From positions 622,001 to 686,000 of the forward strand of contig CM076001.1 in the NCBI GenBank assembly GCA_038087875.1: DNA of 64,000 nt, read 5' to 3'. This DNA comes from Malacoraja senta. Its lineage: Eukaryota. The position numbers and the translations under genes were made by a program. The stretch's first letter is position 1; each line of letters starts with the position of its first letter. Under the pieces are notes generated by a model. The model was not told the origin of the DNA. It made no database searches and saw only the letters and a list, made by a program, of their open reading frames with translations. This document shows, piece by piece, positions 1-13,554 of this stretch.

Positions 1-89
1 GGAATGGAGAAGAAGCATCCTCGATCCGAGGACTGCCTACACAACAAATACAAGGCCATTTACTGCAATGTAAATAGAACATATGGTGT

Positions 90-222
90 GTAGGAAGGAA
101 CAGCAAATGCTGGTTTACACTATAAATAGGCACAAAATGCTGGAGTGACTCAGCAGGACAGGCAGCACCACTGGAGAGAAGGAATGGGTGACATTTTCAG
201 GTCGAGACCCTTCATCAAACTG
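90..222 (-). mobile_element. Penelope-like terminal repeat fragment with degenerate hammerhead motif
   Basis: Same repeat that flanks the GIY-YIG ORF at 47190-48232; minus strand reads TTGATGAAGGGTCTCGACCTGAAAATGTC. Confidence 0.65.
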
Positions 223-659
223 AATCTATAGAACAGTAGGACACAGGAACAGAGCCTTTGGCCAACAATGACTGTGCTGAGTTTGATGCCAAGACCAACT
301 ATTCCCTGCTGCACAAAGTCCGTATCCCTCCATTCCCTAAATCTCTTCAATGCCACTATTGTATCGGCCTCCACCACCATCCCCAGGTTGTATCGTAAGC
401 AATGGATATCCAACACAATCTTTATTCATATCTTGTTAAACTAAAGGAGCCCATTGCACTGTACTTGCTGTACTACATTAGTACTGTGCAGTTCAATATT
501 TTATGCACAGAACTGAAAATAACACAGCTGTTGTGTGTTGCTTGTTTACCACTGGCAATCTCCAAGTAAATAATTTAAGTTGGTAAGAGATGTAGTTAAT
601 TATTGCTCTGGTAGAGCTATGAGAAATACTTAGTTTTTAATTTTAGTCTAATCTGATCT

Positions 660-747
660 GTATTTATGACTACAATATCCTGTTGCAAATGCAAGAATTT
701 CATTGTCCTATCTGGGACACATGACAGTAAACTCTCTTGACTTGACT
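660..747 (+). mobile_element. Short 3' end fragment of a Rex1/Babar LINE
   Basis: GCAAGAATTTCATTGTCCTATCTGGGACACATGACA...CTCTTGACTTGA matches the 3' UTR stem-loop and tail of the full-length copy ending near 27730. Confidence 0.75.
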
Positions 748-2474
748 TCAAGTCAAGTGAGTTTATTGTCATGTGTCCCTGATAGGACAATGAAATTCTT
801 GCTTTGCTTCAGCACAACAGAACATAGTAGGCATTTACTACAAGGCATTCTATAAATATATACACACATGAATCAATATACTGATAAAGTGCAAATAACA
901 GTATTGGCTAATAAAGTTCAGTGTTATGTCTGAGCCAGGTTTAATAGCCTAATGGCTGTGGGGAAGTAGCTGTTCCTGATCCTGGTCGTTGCAGTCTTCA
1001 GGCTCCTGTACCTTCTACCTGAAGGTAGTAGGGAGATGAGTGTGTGGCCAGGATGGTGTGGGTCCTTGATGATACTGCCAGCCTTTTTGAGGCAGCGACT
1101 GTGATAGATCCCCTCGATGGAAGGGAGGTCAGAGCCGATGATGGACTGGGCAGTGTTTACTACTTTTTGTAGTCTTTTCCTCTCCAGGGCGCTCAAGTTA
1201 CCGAACCAAGCCACGATGCAACCGGTCAGCATGCTCTCTACTGTGAACCTGTAGAAGTTAGAGAGTCCTCCTTGACAAACCGACTCTCCGTAATCTTCTC
1301 AGGAAGTAGAGGCGCTGATGTGCTTTCTTAATAATGGCATCAGTGTTCTCGGACCAGGAAAGATCTTCAGAGATGTGCACGCCCAGGAATTTGAAGCTCT
1401 TGAACCTTTCAACCATCGACCTGTTGATATAAACGTGACTGTGGGTCCCCATCCTACTCCTTCCAAAAGTCCACAATCAGTTCCTTGGTTTTGCTGATGT
1501 TGAGGGCCAGGTTATTGTGCTGGCACCATATGGACAGTTGCTCGATCTCTCTTCTATACTCGGACTCATCCCCATCAGTGATACGTCCCACAACAGTGGT
1601 GTTGTCAGCGAACTCGATGATGGAGTTCGCACTATGTCCGGCTACGCAGTCATGAGTATAGAGTGAGTACAGCAGGGGGCTGAGCACGCAGCCTTGAGGT
1701 GCTCCCGTGCTAATTGTTATCAAGTCTAACACATTTCCACCAATACGAACAGACTGTGGTCTGAGAGTGAGGAAGTCGAGGATCCAATTGCAGAGGGATG
1801 CGCAGAGACCCAGTTCTGCGAGTTTGGTAACCAGCTTGGGGGGGATGATTGTGTTAAATGTCGAGCTGTAATCGATGAATAACAGCCTGACATATGAGTT
1901 TTTGTTGTCCAAGTGGTCCAGAGCAGAGTGGAGGGCCAGCGAGATCGCATCCACTGTTGATCTGTTGTGGCGGTAAGCGAACTGCAGTGGGTCCAGGTTT
2001 TTGTCGAGGTAGGAGTTGATCTGCGTCATGATCAACCTCTCAAAGCACTTCATCACCACAGCGCTAGTGCCACAGGTCGATAGTCATTGAGGCACGTCAC
2101 CTTACTCTTCTTGGGCAATGGTATAATTGATGCCCTTTTGAAGCAGGTGGGAACCTCAGACCTCAGAAGTGAGAGGTTGAAAATGTCCGTAAAATCTGCA
2201 GCCAGTTGTCCGCACAGGTCTCTAGAACACAACCAGGTATACCATCAGGTCCAGGCGCTTTTCGAGGGGTTCACCCCTCTGAAGGATTTCCTGACGTCGG
2301 CCTCTGTGACTGAGACTGAAAATAGCATCCACAGCGAATGGGGGCTCGGCAAGGCACATCGGTGTTCTCCCTGTCAAAGCGTGCGTAAAACGCATTGAGC
2401 TCATCAGGGAGTGATGTTTCGCCGACATTCGAGCTGCCTCCTGATTTGGCCCTGTAAGAGGTGATTGCATTCAG
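748..2474 (-). mobile_element. 5'-truncated Rex1/Babar LINE (degenerate RT and C-terminal domain)
   Basis: ORFs 1454-2059 ([26 protein letters not shown]), 1258-1476 (AHQRLYFLRRL), 924-1232; closely matches 25970-27730 in inverse orientation. Confidence 0.93.
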
Positions 2475-2477
2475 ACT

Positions 2478-2745
2478 TGAGATACAACATGGAAACAGGC
2501 CCTATGGCCCAGTGAGCTGCACCGACCAATGATCACCCATACCACTAGTTCTACCCTACAAAACTAGGGATAATTTACAGGGGCCAATTAACCTACAAAC
2601 GTGCATGTCTTTTGACTGTGGGAGGAAACCAGAGCACCCGGGGAAAACCCACGTGGTCACAGGGAGATCAGACAAACTCCGTACAGACGATACCCATAGT
2701 CAGAATCGAAACCCAGATCTCTATTGCTCTAAGCCACCATGCCGT
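2478..2745 (-). mobile_element. HE1-like V-SINE
   Basis: tRNA-like head, V-SINE core (GGAGTTTG...CTCCC), CR1-like 3' tail. Confidence 0.8.
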
Positions 2746-2825
2746 GAAATTAGATTCACGTGAGTGAAGTTAGATTCCAGAGGAGTCAAGGGTGTACCAG
2801 TGCCTAAATAAATGTCAGATTCTAA

Positions 2826-3385
2826 AGGGGGTTGTCCCACTTGGGCAACCTAATTGGTGAGTTTAGAAGAGTTTGAAAAAATGACATGTGAAGACCTCCT
2901 TCGACTATGTGGAAGACCTCCTTCGACCTCCTTTGACTATGTTGAAGATCAGCTTCGACTAGCTACGAATAGCTACGACTAACTTCGGGAAAATTGGACA
3001 CCGAATAGTGGAGAGTGAAGACGACCTCTTTCGATCTCCTTCGACCTCCCTTCGACTATGATGAAAACTACCTTTGACTACCTTCAACTACCCTCAATTA
3101 CTTACGACTAACATGCCGGCCTACTACGACCTACTACGACTAAACCTACGAGTGAAAAAAGTATCGATTTTTTCCATGGCGACCTTTTTTACTCGCGGGC
3201 ATTTTTCACATATTTGAAAAAAACGGCGCGACCTAGCTGAGGCCTCGAGTATGCAGAGACCACTCTCGAGCATGAAGGAGAGATACGAAGACTCCTACGA
3301 CCTCGTGTCGACCATGCTGCGAGTATGAGTCGAGGGCAAACTCGCCAGAACTCACGGATTAGGTCGCCCAAGTGGGACAGGCCCT
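2826..3385. mobile_element. PIF/Harbinger-type MITE, family A
   Basis: TIRs AGGGGGTTGTCCCACT / AGTGGGACAGGCCCT, TAA on both flanks; inverse copy at 16814-17375. Confidence 0.85.
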
Positions 3386-4049
3386 TAAGGATCATATATG
3401 TCTAAATATGAAGATAGACACAAAAAGCTGGAGTAACTGGCAGCATCTCTGGAGAGAAGGAATGGGTGAAATTTTGGGTCGAGGCCTTTGGTTTAAACCA
3501 GCCTCTGCAGTTCCTTCCTCCATATTATGTCTAAACATGGTCGATCCTTCCAATATCCCCATGTTACTTGATATTTCTGTAGGTGAGGTCTATTTTTGCG
3601 GCACCTGTATCTGATTTGTACAGTGGAAATTCCATTAATTAGGGCAATTCTGATGGAGCAAGGGTTGCAAATGTTTCAGATTTTAAATTCCTCTGAGGTC
3701 CAGACTTGCTGCATTCAAGAAGCATTCTCTTGGTGTGTTTCAGAAAAGTCTGTCAAATGGAATTACTTGGAAACCCGAAGTAAGAAATGGCATGCATCTG
3801 ATTCTATTGATCCACTGCTAACTCTCTGAATCAAAACAGTGAATTGTCATTTAATATAATTCACTGTCATTAAAACTTCAGCCTTTATCTATATTTATTT
3901 CATTAATTGCTGCCATGCAGCTGATGGCTGAGACTCAGTTGGCATCCCAGGCCCCATTTTTATATCACATGACCCCAGATCCTTCTTTTACTTTATCTGT
4001 TTACTCTTTGTGATTGTTTATGATGCTGACAATCTAAAAAGAGACCATT

Positions 4050-4862
4050 CTAGTCATAGTCATAGAACACGGAAACAGACCCATGCTGACCAAGCTGCCC
4101 CATCTATACTTGTCTCAACCGCCTGCATATGGCCCATCCCACTAAACCTTTCATACCATCTACAGGTCCAAACATCTTTTAAATGTTCATAAGTTCATAA
4201 GAATATAAGTGATAGGAGAAAAATTAGGCCATTCGGCCCATTAAGTCTACTCGCCATTCAATCATGGCTGATCTATCTCTCCATCTCAACCCTATTCTCT
4301 TGCCTTCTCCCCATAACCCCTGACACCCGTACTAATCAAGAATCTATCTATCTCTGCCTTAAAATATCCATTGACTTGGCCTTCACATCCTTCTGTGGCA
4401 ATGAAATGTTGTTATGGTTTCTACCTCAACTAGCAGCTTATTCCATATACCTACCACCCTGTGAAAAAGTTGCCCTTCAGATTACTTTAAAATCTTTCCC
4501 CTCTCACCTTAAACCTATATCCTCTGATCCCCTACTCTGGCTAAAAGACTCGGCACTCACCATATAAGATTCATCATCCTACACTCCAATGAATGCAATC
4601 CTAACCTGCCTAACCTCTCCCTACAGCTCAAGCCCTCAAGTCCTGGCAACATCCTCGTAAATCATCTCTGTACCCTTTCTAGCTTAACAACATTTTTGCT
4701 ATAACAGGGTGACTAAGGGTTACCAGGGTGACCACAACTGAACACAATATTCCAACTGTGGCCTCACCAGTGCTTGTACAGCTGTCACAACATCCCAACT
4801 TCTATACTCAATACCCTGACTGGTGAAGGTATTACCTTATCTATCTTTTATTCCACAAAGGA
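4050..4862 (-). mobile_element. Cluster of CR1 LINE 3' fragments
   Basis: Matches the RT C-terminus and 3' UTR of CR1 copies at 31525-32772 and 41845-42655. Confidence 0.75.
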
Positions 4863-5402
4863 ACTCCTTGGAGTCGGGATGGACCTTCAGTACCTCAGTC
4901 AAACATAAACACAAATCATTCTCTTCTGCCTGGGAATTAAAGATAATGAGTACATCTTTCTAAGACAATTAAATAAACAGAAATCCCTTCCCAACCCCGA
5001 AACATTGCCTATTTCCTTCGCTCCATAGATGCTGCCGCACCCGCTAAGTTTCTCCAGCACTTTTGTCTACCTTCGATTTTCCAGCATCTGCAGTTCCTTC
5101 TTAAACAAGATGCCTCAGATATTGTTTTGTCCATTCCCCCAGAGTGCGGGATGTTTCTGACTGATCACTATAATAACAACTCCCCTGGGCTTTAGATAGC
5201 AACCTGGTAAGAGCACCCCAATGAGTGGATCTCAGCACCAGCTAAATCAGATTTTAGCACGATATATGGGCGATCAGTTTCCTTCAACAATTAGCTATTC
5301 CGCTAAGGTTTGAATTGGGGTTAAAATGTTAATGGATTTCACATCAGCACCTACATTATGAATGATAATTATGCTTGCTTGTACATACAGGTGTCTGTAT
5401 AT

Positions 5403-5726
5403 TTAGTTTAGTTTAGTTTAGAGATACAGCACGGAAACAGGCCCTTCAGCCCATCGAGTCCACACCGACCAGCGATCCCCGCCCACTAACACTATCCTAC
5501 TCTAGGGGACAATTTTACATTTATTCCAAGCCAATTAACCTACAGAACTGTAAGTCTTTGAAGTGCGGGAGGAAACCGAAGATCTCGGAGAAAACCCACT
5601 CGGGGTCACGGAGAGAAGGTACAAATTCCGTACAGACAAGCACCCGTAGTCGGGATCGAACCCAGGTCTCTGGCGCTGTAAGTGCTGTTAGGCAGCAACT
5701 CTACCATGGCGCCACCGTGCCGCCCT
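5403..5726 (-). mobile_element. HE1-like V-SINE, near full length
   Basis: B box (GGTTCGATCCC on minus), V core, (AAACT)n tail. Confidence 0.88.
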
Positions 5727-6759
5727 GTTGGGTGTACGTAACTCGGGGACGTCCTGTATTTTTATTCCTTTCATTTCAGCACAAATGAACTGATATAAAT
5801 AACTGTAATCATTCAAATAATGGATTGAACGGAGGTTTTGCAAAATAATGGAAAGGGACAACCAAGGTCATGAGGTAAATGAAAGAAACAGGAGTGGGAG
5901 GAGGCCATTTAGTCCTTCCAGCCTGCCCTGTCATTCAGCAAGATCATGGTACGTATTTATAGGTTAACTCTATTTCCAGCCAGGGAATCCCATTTTGCGG
6001 TAGAAATATTAGAGAAATCTGGTCTGCATGGACGGCAATGAAAACGAATACCATATGTCTTTAATAAAGGAATTCTAAACAAATTGAAGTAAGCGCCACA
6101 ACTAATCAGATTTGAGGCATTGATGTGATGCAGAAACGTTCCTGTTAGTGGAGGCTGTTTTCAAAGGCCTGCCTTCCTGCCATTGTCCTGGCTGTCAATA
6201 CTTTTGGAAACACTTAACATGAAATTACAGTTTGAAAGTGCTTTTATTCCATGCTAAAAATGATTTAATGGCAAGACTACGCAGAATTCTTTCCCTTGAT
6301 CCTGAAACTCTCCAGATAAATGGGTAGTGGATAAATTCACCTCTCTGGCAAAAACACAAGTCTACTGCTAACAGAGGACAAAGTGGCTCTTTACAAAGGT
6401 CACTTTGTTCTGGTCGGTTTCAATCCCACTCAGGAGGTTGAATTCACATTAGCACCTAGTTTATTAATGATAATTATAATATATTGGCACGCAGGACAGT
6501 AGAGGATGTAGTAGAGGCACCACAAACCGTGGTTCCAAGGGGTTTCAACAAGCATCTCACTCACACACTAAAATATTGCATTCGCCAAAAGCTCAAGGCT
6601 CTATATCCCTTTTGCGACATGCCTCAAAACTGCTGGGTTAAATTTGTATTCTGTCAGACCAATGGGAGGGAAGGCAGAGGACAGAAGGATGGGCATCTAA
6701 TTTCATGAAAAGAAAAAAAATCTTGGGTTTAATCAGGCTGGTAGTGCAGATCAGAGTCA

Positions 6760-7031
6760 GTGACACAGCGGTAGAGTTGCTGCCTTCAGCACCAGAGACA
6801 CGGGTTTGATCCTGACTATGGGTGCTGTCTGTATGGAGTTTGTACATTCTCCCCGTAATGTCGTGGATTTTCTTTGGGTGCTCCAGTTTCCTCCCTCACT
6901 CCAAAAGACCTTGTGGGCTTTGTAGGTTAATTGTCGCTACTGTGTAGGATAGAGGTAATGTACAGGTGATTGTGGATTGTTGTGGGCAGTAGGATGAAGG
7001 GCCTGTTTCCATGCTGTATCTCTAAACTAAA
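6760..7031 (+). mobile_element. HE1-like V-SINE
   Basis: tRNA-derived head, V core, GGGCCTGTTTCC...CTAAACTAAAC tail. Confidence 0.85.
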
Positions 7032-7422
7032 CGAACAAAAAAATTGAGTGATCAGATATTCTGGTATTTTGATTTGTACACTGCAGATCAGGAAATATTT
7101 ATGAAGAGCTCTTTCAAAACTTGAAATAAGTAAGGTTGAGCCCAGCTGAGCGATAAGCCATAGATTGTGTAAAAAGAAAAAAGAAAACAAAAGGCTTGAT
7201 TCGTGCTTTCTTAAGAAGAAGCCAGTAGGTGTAGTTAAATAACAGATTCACTGTCAGAACTTATGGGACTATGTTTGACTTTAAGTGGGTTGGCACGTTG
7301 CCGCATTGCAGGGGCTTGGGACTGCTGATGTATTTTGCACTATTTCTAAACCTGGACAGAAGTCCTGTGTTCAGACTGGCTCTGGTGCAAAGTTTCCTGT
7401 GGAGATTGTCTGACACCTTTAT

Positions 7423-8520
7423 CAGGGCTGCCAACTCTCACGTATTGAGCGTGAGAATCACGCATTTCGCCAAGATCTCACACTGATCACAAATTTCTCA
7501 CGCTCTGTCGTGAGAAATTCTGTGATCAACGAAAATGTCAAAACTTATATTAACTGCATGGGCTGCAGGTATTGGAGAGCCGGGGCTGAGGGAGGGATGG
7601 AAGCAGAAGCAGTGGTGGGTGCCGACAGATGCGGACGGGGAGCGGGGCTGGGCGAGTGTTTGCCGGGCTGGCGAGTCGCTCGCTGCAGTTCCGGCCATGG
7701 AGCAGCCTCAGTGCAAGAGTCCCGGGCCGTCGGAGGCGTCGAAGCATCGTGCCGCTGCCATGAGAGTCTCTGTTCCGAATTCGCCCAGGTGACCGGCATG
7801 GATCAGGCTGCATCCTGGAGGATAACCAGTGGCTTCTGGAAGTAAGTACCAAGCACTGGGTAGAAACAGTGGAAGATAGTGGCCTTCAAATGGGGGTGGT
7901 TGGAGAACACTGCTTGCCTGCTACATTTTCACTGACTGTAACTGCAGGAAAAATGTTCCCGATGTTGGTGGAGTTCAGAACCAGGGGTCACAGTTTAAGA
8001 ATAAAGGGTAGGCCAGTTAGGATTGAGATGAGGACAAACTTTCTTCACGCAGAGAGTTGTGAATCTGTGGAATTCTCTGCAACAAAAGGCAGTGGAGGCC
8101 AATTTCACTGGATGTTTTCAAGAGAGAGTTACATTTAGCTCTTGGGCTAGCGAAATCAAGGGATATGGGGAAAAACAGGAAAGAGGTACTGATTTTAGAT
8201 GAACAGCCATGATCATATTGAATGGCAGTGCTGGCTCGTAGGGCCAATGGCCTATTCCTGCACCTATTTTCTATGTTTCTATGCTTGAGTATATGTCAAT
8301 AAAACTCGACCACTTGAATTTGAAGCTGAAAAATGTAAAAGCTCCATACCAATGGGAGGGGGGGACAACCCCCTCCCACCCCCCACCCCCCCATCCCGGG
8401 GACATCCCCCTCCCACACCCCCACCTCCACCACCCCCCAGTCGCTACGCTCCCTTGGGCTTGGTCTCTCACAATTCCTCACTCCCAACCTCCCAACTCTC
8501 ATCCAATGTTGGCAGCCCTG
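7423..8520. mobile_element. Non-autonomous hAT-like DNA transposon containing a nested CR1 3' fragment (about 7942-8285)
   Basis: Perfect 13-bp TIRs CAGGGCTGCCAAC / GTTGGCAGCCCTG; CCTTTAT directly repeated on both flanks (7416-7422, 8521-8527). Confidence 0.8.
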
Positions 8521-8967
8521 CCTTTATTCCTGCATCAGGTTCAGCCTTGCAGTTATTGCTGTCTGAGTTTATGTAATATCTGCAGTAAAGTGAAGTCACT
8601 TCCAGTGGACCAGCAGCTGTGGTTCAAGTGCACCCAAGGGTATACATTTGCCTTCTGTTCATGCAGGGAAGTGGACAGGCCACAAACACTGGAAATCTGA
8701 AATAAAGCAGAGTATTAAACAATTCCATTAATCCCACACACTTTGGACTTTGGTGCTTGATGAGCAGATTTCTGGACAATCAGATGTTACCCCATCAATA
8801 CTCCAACACTCTTTAAAAAAAAATGTTTTGCAGTTAAATAATATATTGTCAGATGAGCCCAGTAGGATTAAAGGGAACATGGGAAACAAGATCCCGGTAA
8901 TTTTCAAAAGAGCATTTGAAATAAGACCAGATGTATTTTAATGGTATTTGAGGAACAGAAGTGGGTG

Positions 8968-9165
8968 AGTTTAGCTTAGAGATACAGCGCAGAAACAGGC
9001 TCTTCGACACACCGAGTCCGCGCCGACCAGCGATCCCCGCACATTAACGGGTACTAGGAACAATTTTATTTTACTCATACAGCAAACCAATTAACCCACA
9101 TACCTGTACATCTTTGGAGTGTGGGAGAAAACCGAGGATCGCGGAGCAAAACCACGGGGTCACGG
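8968..9165 (-). mobile_element. HE1-like V-SINE, 5'-truncated
   Basis: Similarity to 5403-5726. Confidence 0.75.
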
Positions 9166-9330
9166 CACTAAGAAGGACACAAGATGCTGGAGTAACTCAG
9201 CAGGACAGGCAGCATCTCTGCAGGAGGGTCTAAAGAATGGTCTCGACCCGGGAACGTCACCCATTCCTTCTCTCCAGAGATGCTGCCTGTCCTGCTGAGT
9301 TACTCCAGCATCTTGTTTTCTTCTTAGTGC
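9166..9330. mobile_element. Inverted pair of Penelope-like terminal repeat fragments
   Basis: GCACTAAGAAG...GATGCTGGAGTAACTCAGCAGGACAGGCAGCATCTCTG followed by its reverse complement. Confidence 0.7.
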
Positions 9331-9996
9331 CAGACACTGTGGCATTCCTGCTGGAGAGCTGGAACACAACAGGCTGGTGGTGCCTTGATGAAAAAGGCCT
9401 GTAACAACTTTGAAGGCAGCCAACAGGATCAGGTCACTAGAGCCAGAGAATGAAGGAAGGCTTCAGCATTCAACGGTGTTATTTCCATGCCCCCCGGTTC
9501 CCGAGTGTGTGTCTCCAGGGCTGGTCTTGCTCACCAACGCAGTCAGTCTGCACACTCACATCATCAACTCGATGGTCAGCTGATGGCGATGTGTTTGATT
9601 TACATTGGGCTAACTAAAATGGCCATGATCTGCAGATGTGCCTTGTAAACTCAAGAAACGCAAAACATATTTGTGGATTATGACACCTCATTCTTGCTTT
9701 AGATCAATCATTGCAAAATGATTGTTTAAAATATGAGATCATGCTTTTGGGCTTTGGATTTCCCCAGGAAGGTATAGGAGGCCGGCTAGTACTGCAAACC
9801 TGGGTCATTTGTACTAACCAGCCTGTTTATATCAACATTTGAACATCTGTGCAAGCAAATGCATATCTAGGTACATTAAGGAAGATTTGGGAGTTATCAC
9901 TGGGCCACTCAAGGCTGCTCTGCCACTTTCTGTAACTTCTCTGCATTTCCATCTACCCATGTTAACCTTTTACCTCTTCTCAAGGTCATATTTATC

Positions 9997-10891
9997 TGAG
10001 TTGTAAAATACCATTTTTATTTTCTGTATTAGCGACTTTATGTGAAATTAGAACTAATAATGTTCTGATTAAACAAGCTTCTTAATTCTCTCATCCTTCT
10101 CCAGTTGTCCGCCCTTTCAACCAAGAGGTTGGGAGGCAAAGCTGCTGACTATAGTATGAGTTCCAAAAACTCAAGACTCTATGAGGGAAAAACAATCACC
10201 TCATCCCTATCTTAATTGGAGGGCACCTTTTATTGAAACAGTGATCCCTGGTTCTAGATTCCCTAACAAGATGAAACATTCCCCATATGACCTCAGTCAA
10301 GCCCCTTCGAGATCTTGTACGCTTCAGTCGTGACCTCTTCTTTAAATTCTAGTGGATACAAGGTGAGTGAACATCCAGCAAAATCCCAAGTCTGGATTTT
10401 CTCAGTTCCAGCCTGATTTGCCATCTGAGTTGACGGGGTTTGCACTGGGTAATGGTCCATGTGCCATGGGTGATGGTTCCATGCTAATTTATCCTAAATT
10501 TATTCCATCTGGTCTTTTGCCATTAAGGAAGCCTACAAATTCCCTTCCTTCAGTTGGTAACACTGGAAGGATGGGAAATGAACACATTGAGTATTTTCAC
10601 AGAAGATGCATTTGCTGTTGAGCACATTGAGCAGTGTCTCTTATTCCCACAGTGTGGAGCTCCAACATGAGAGTTGAGTAAATTCACCTTCTGTCACTGC
10701 TGTTGAATTCAGTGTCGGAAAAAAATGAGTTTGAGTTGTAAAATACCATTTTTATTTTCTGTATTAGCGACTTTATGTGAAATTAGAACTAATAATGTTC
10801 TGATTAAACAAGCTTCTTAATTCTCTCATCCTTCTCCAGTTGTCCGCCCTTTCAACCAAGAGGTTGTGGAGGCAAAGCTGCTGACTATAGT
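9997..10891 (+). repeat. Local near-identical direct duplication (9997-10155 and 10732-10891)
   Basis: About 160 bp identical except one inserted T (GTTGGGAGG vs GTTGTGGAGG). Confidence 0.9.
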
Positions 10892-10916
10892 GAAGAAGGA
10901 TATAGATGAATCTTTA

Positions 10917-11131
10917 AGGGCCTGTTCCACTTGGGCATCATTTGTGAGTCACGCAGATGGTGCGCGAAGATTTTGTATATCCCAAAATCCTGCGTCACCA
11001 CGTCACCATGCGCGCGTAATGCGCACCATGCACGCATCATGTGCACGTCTCGATGCGCGCGTCATGCGTCGTGATGCGTAAATGATGTCGCGTAAATGAC
11101 GCGCAAATGACGTCCAAGTGGGACAGGCCCT
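10917..11131. mobile_element. PIF/Harbinger-type MITE, family B (short)
   Basis: TIR AGGGCCTGTTCCACTT / AAGTGGGACAGGCCCT; flanks TTA and TAA; CpG-rich interior related to 28914-29308. Confidence 0.8.
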
Positions 11132-11515
11132 TAAGTCACAATAGGCATCAAAGGAGGGGGAAATATGGTAGTAAAAAAAAACATGAGAAGAAGAGTCAGT
11201 TGAAGGGTCTCGACCCGAAACGTCACCCATTCCTTCTCTCCAGAGACGCTGCCTGTCTCGCTGAGTTACTCCAGCATTTTGTGTCCATCTTCAAATGCTT
11301 ATTTGTTCTTCCCAGACATTTTGAATGGTCTTATCTGCCATGTGAACCTCTGGGGGCTTGAACCCTTTGTCCTGTAATGTGATATGTAAATAGAACATCA
11401 ATATGCTGTCACAAAGTGGCTTCTATACTTGAGTAGTGTGTGTGTGTGTGTGTGTGTGTGTCAATGAGAGAACTGAAAGATGTGCATGTGGTGCAACAGT
11501 ACCAGGGCTGCATTA

Positions 11516-11872
11516 AGGGCCTGTCCCACTGTACGAGGTAATTCAAGAGTTCTCCCGAGTTTTCCCCTGATTCGAACTCGGAGAATGTCCGTAGCGGGTC
11601 CGTAGGATTTCGTGGATGTCTTGTAGCGGCTCGTATGATTAACGGTAGGTACTCGGGAAATCCGGTAAACTCGTGACGTTTTTTCAACACTGTGAAAAAT
11701 GTCCACGAGTAAAAAATTACTCGTGATGAAAAAAATTGTTACTTTTTACTCGTACGAGCCGCTACGAGACATCCACGAACTCCTACGGACCCGCTAGTGA
11801 CATTCTCCGAGTTTGAATCAGGGGAAACCTCGGGAGAACTCTTGAATTACCTCGTACACATGGAGAGGCCCT
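11516..11872. mobile_element. PIF/Harbinger-type MITE, family C (long internal palindrome)
   Basis: TIR AGGGCCTGTCCCACTGTACGAGG with inverted arms extending over 100 bp; flanks TTA and TAA. Confidence 0.8.
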
Positions 11873-11934
11873 TAAGTCTCCGAGATTCTGATCTAGATTC
11901 CTAGAATCTAAATCTATTTTAGATTTTGAATACT

Positions 11935-12300
11935 GAAAGGTCTGGATTGAGTGAAAGTGGAGAGGATGTTTCCACTAGTGAGCTAGTCTAAGACCAGATG
12001 CCATAGTCTGAGAATAAACAGACAAACCTTTAGAAAGGAGATGATGAGGAATTTCTTTAGTCAGAGGGTGGTGAATCTGTGGAATTCATTGCCACAGATG
12101 GCTGTGGATGCCAAGTCAATGGACATTTTTAAGGTGGAGATTGACAGATTCTAGATTAGTAAGAGTGTCAGTGGTTATGGGGAGAAGGCAGGAGAATGGG
12201 GTTGAGAGGGAAAGGTAAATCAGCCATGATTGCATGGTGGCATAGATGATGGGTCGAATGGCCTAATTCTGGTCCTAGAACATATGAAGTTATGAACTTA
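11935..12300 (+). mobile_element. CR1 LINE 3' fragment
   Basis: CR1 ORF2 C-terminus (RVVNLWNSLP) and 3' UTR. Confidence 0.8.
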
Positions 12301-13554
12301 TGATGGATGAGAACACTTAACATTTATCAAATGAGGAAGCTCATGGAATTTCTAGTGATATTGTCTCCATGTTATGTGATTTGCTACTTGCACTTACTTC
12401 CAGAGCAACCTGCTTCCAGTATCTTTTCATCTCAACTTTCACCTCATTTCAAAAAAGACATCAGACATCCCTGGTGTGCAGGACTTCTGTCTATCTCCAC
12501 CTGATTTTCGGAGACATTATGGTGCAGCTACTCGAGCTGTTGGCTCACAGATTCAGGTTCAATCCTGTGAATCCTGTTTAGCGTTTCCATGTTCTCCCGT
12601 GCGGATTTCCGCCTGATTTCCCCAGTTTTCCCTCTCATCCCAAAAAGGTTTGGTGGGTTAAATGCCCACTGCAAAATGCCCCTTGTGAGTAGTGAGCAGT
12701 AGAATTTGGGGAGAACTCATGAGAATATTGGAAGAAAAACAAATGGGATTATCGTAAAATTAATGTAATTGGGTCGTAAATATGTGTGTGTGTATATATA
12801 TATATATATTATATATATATATATATAGCCGCTATCCATATGTATGTGGATAAGTTTGCGTACTTGAGGGTATTTGTGTATATATACACACTGAACTTTT
12901 TTTTCTCTCTCGTTTATCATATTATTTACAGTGTACTATGTTTACATATTGTGTTGTGCTGCAGCAAGTAAGAATTTCATTGTTCTATCTGGGACACATG
13001 ACAATAAAACACTCTTGACTAATCTTGACCTCCATTACCACCCTTTCTTGACTGATGAGAGTGTTCCCAGCTCCTCTCAACCCGTCAGCAGCAGTCACTC
13101 ACCAGAAAGCAATTTGAGATTGTTCATGAGTGTTCCATGATTCTGCTCACTTCTTTTGCTGAACAACTCAATGGAATGTGGAATATCCTGTTACATTTGT
13201 CCATTTATTTTCTTGCTCTCAACTGGTGCGCTCGGGAAGAATTCTGTGCATGCAGGAGGCTTATGCATTCCTTTGAATGGTCTCTTGTTATGTCTGAAAC
13301 TGACAAATGATTACTTGCAGATGACAATTCTAGATGATAGTTTCTTCAGTGAGTGGAGAAAATTGCTGTGTTTCTGCAACATATGGCTGAAATTTACATT
13401 ATAATGTGAGTCTCCGAATGCCAATCATGTGTGAGGTAATACAAGCTTGGCATGGGTTTGACCTGGGCCCTTTGACTTGATTTCAATTCATTGCTCTTGT
13501 TTAGTTCGTTTTCACTGGAGGAACTACTGCTTCGGATAAAAGATCCTACCCTGT

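Noticed and set aside
3744..3779. Possible small exon (TTCAG...GTAAGA)
   Set aside because: Weak pyrimidine tract, no recognisable peptide
7498..7852. CpG-rich stretch with overlapping ORFs, possible promoter
   Set aside because: Lies within a hAT-like element; same reasoning for 30935-31426
10105..10155. Splice acceptor within the local duplication
   Set aside because: Downstream sequence is decayed CR1 3' ORF
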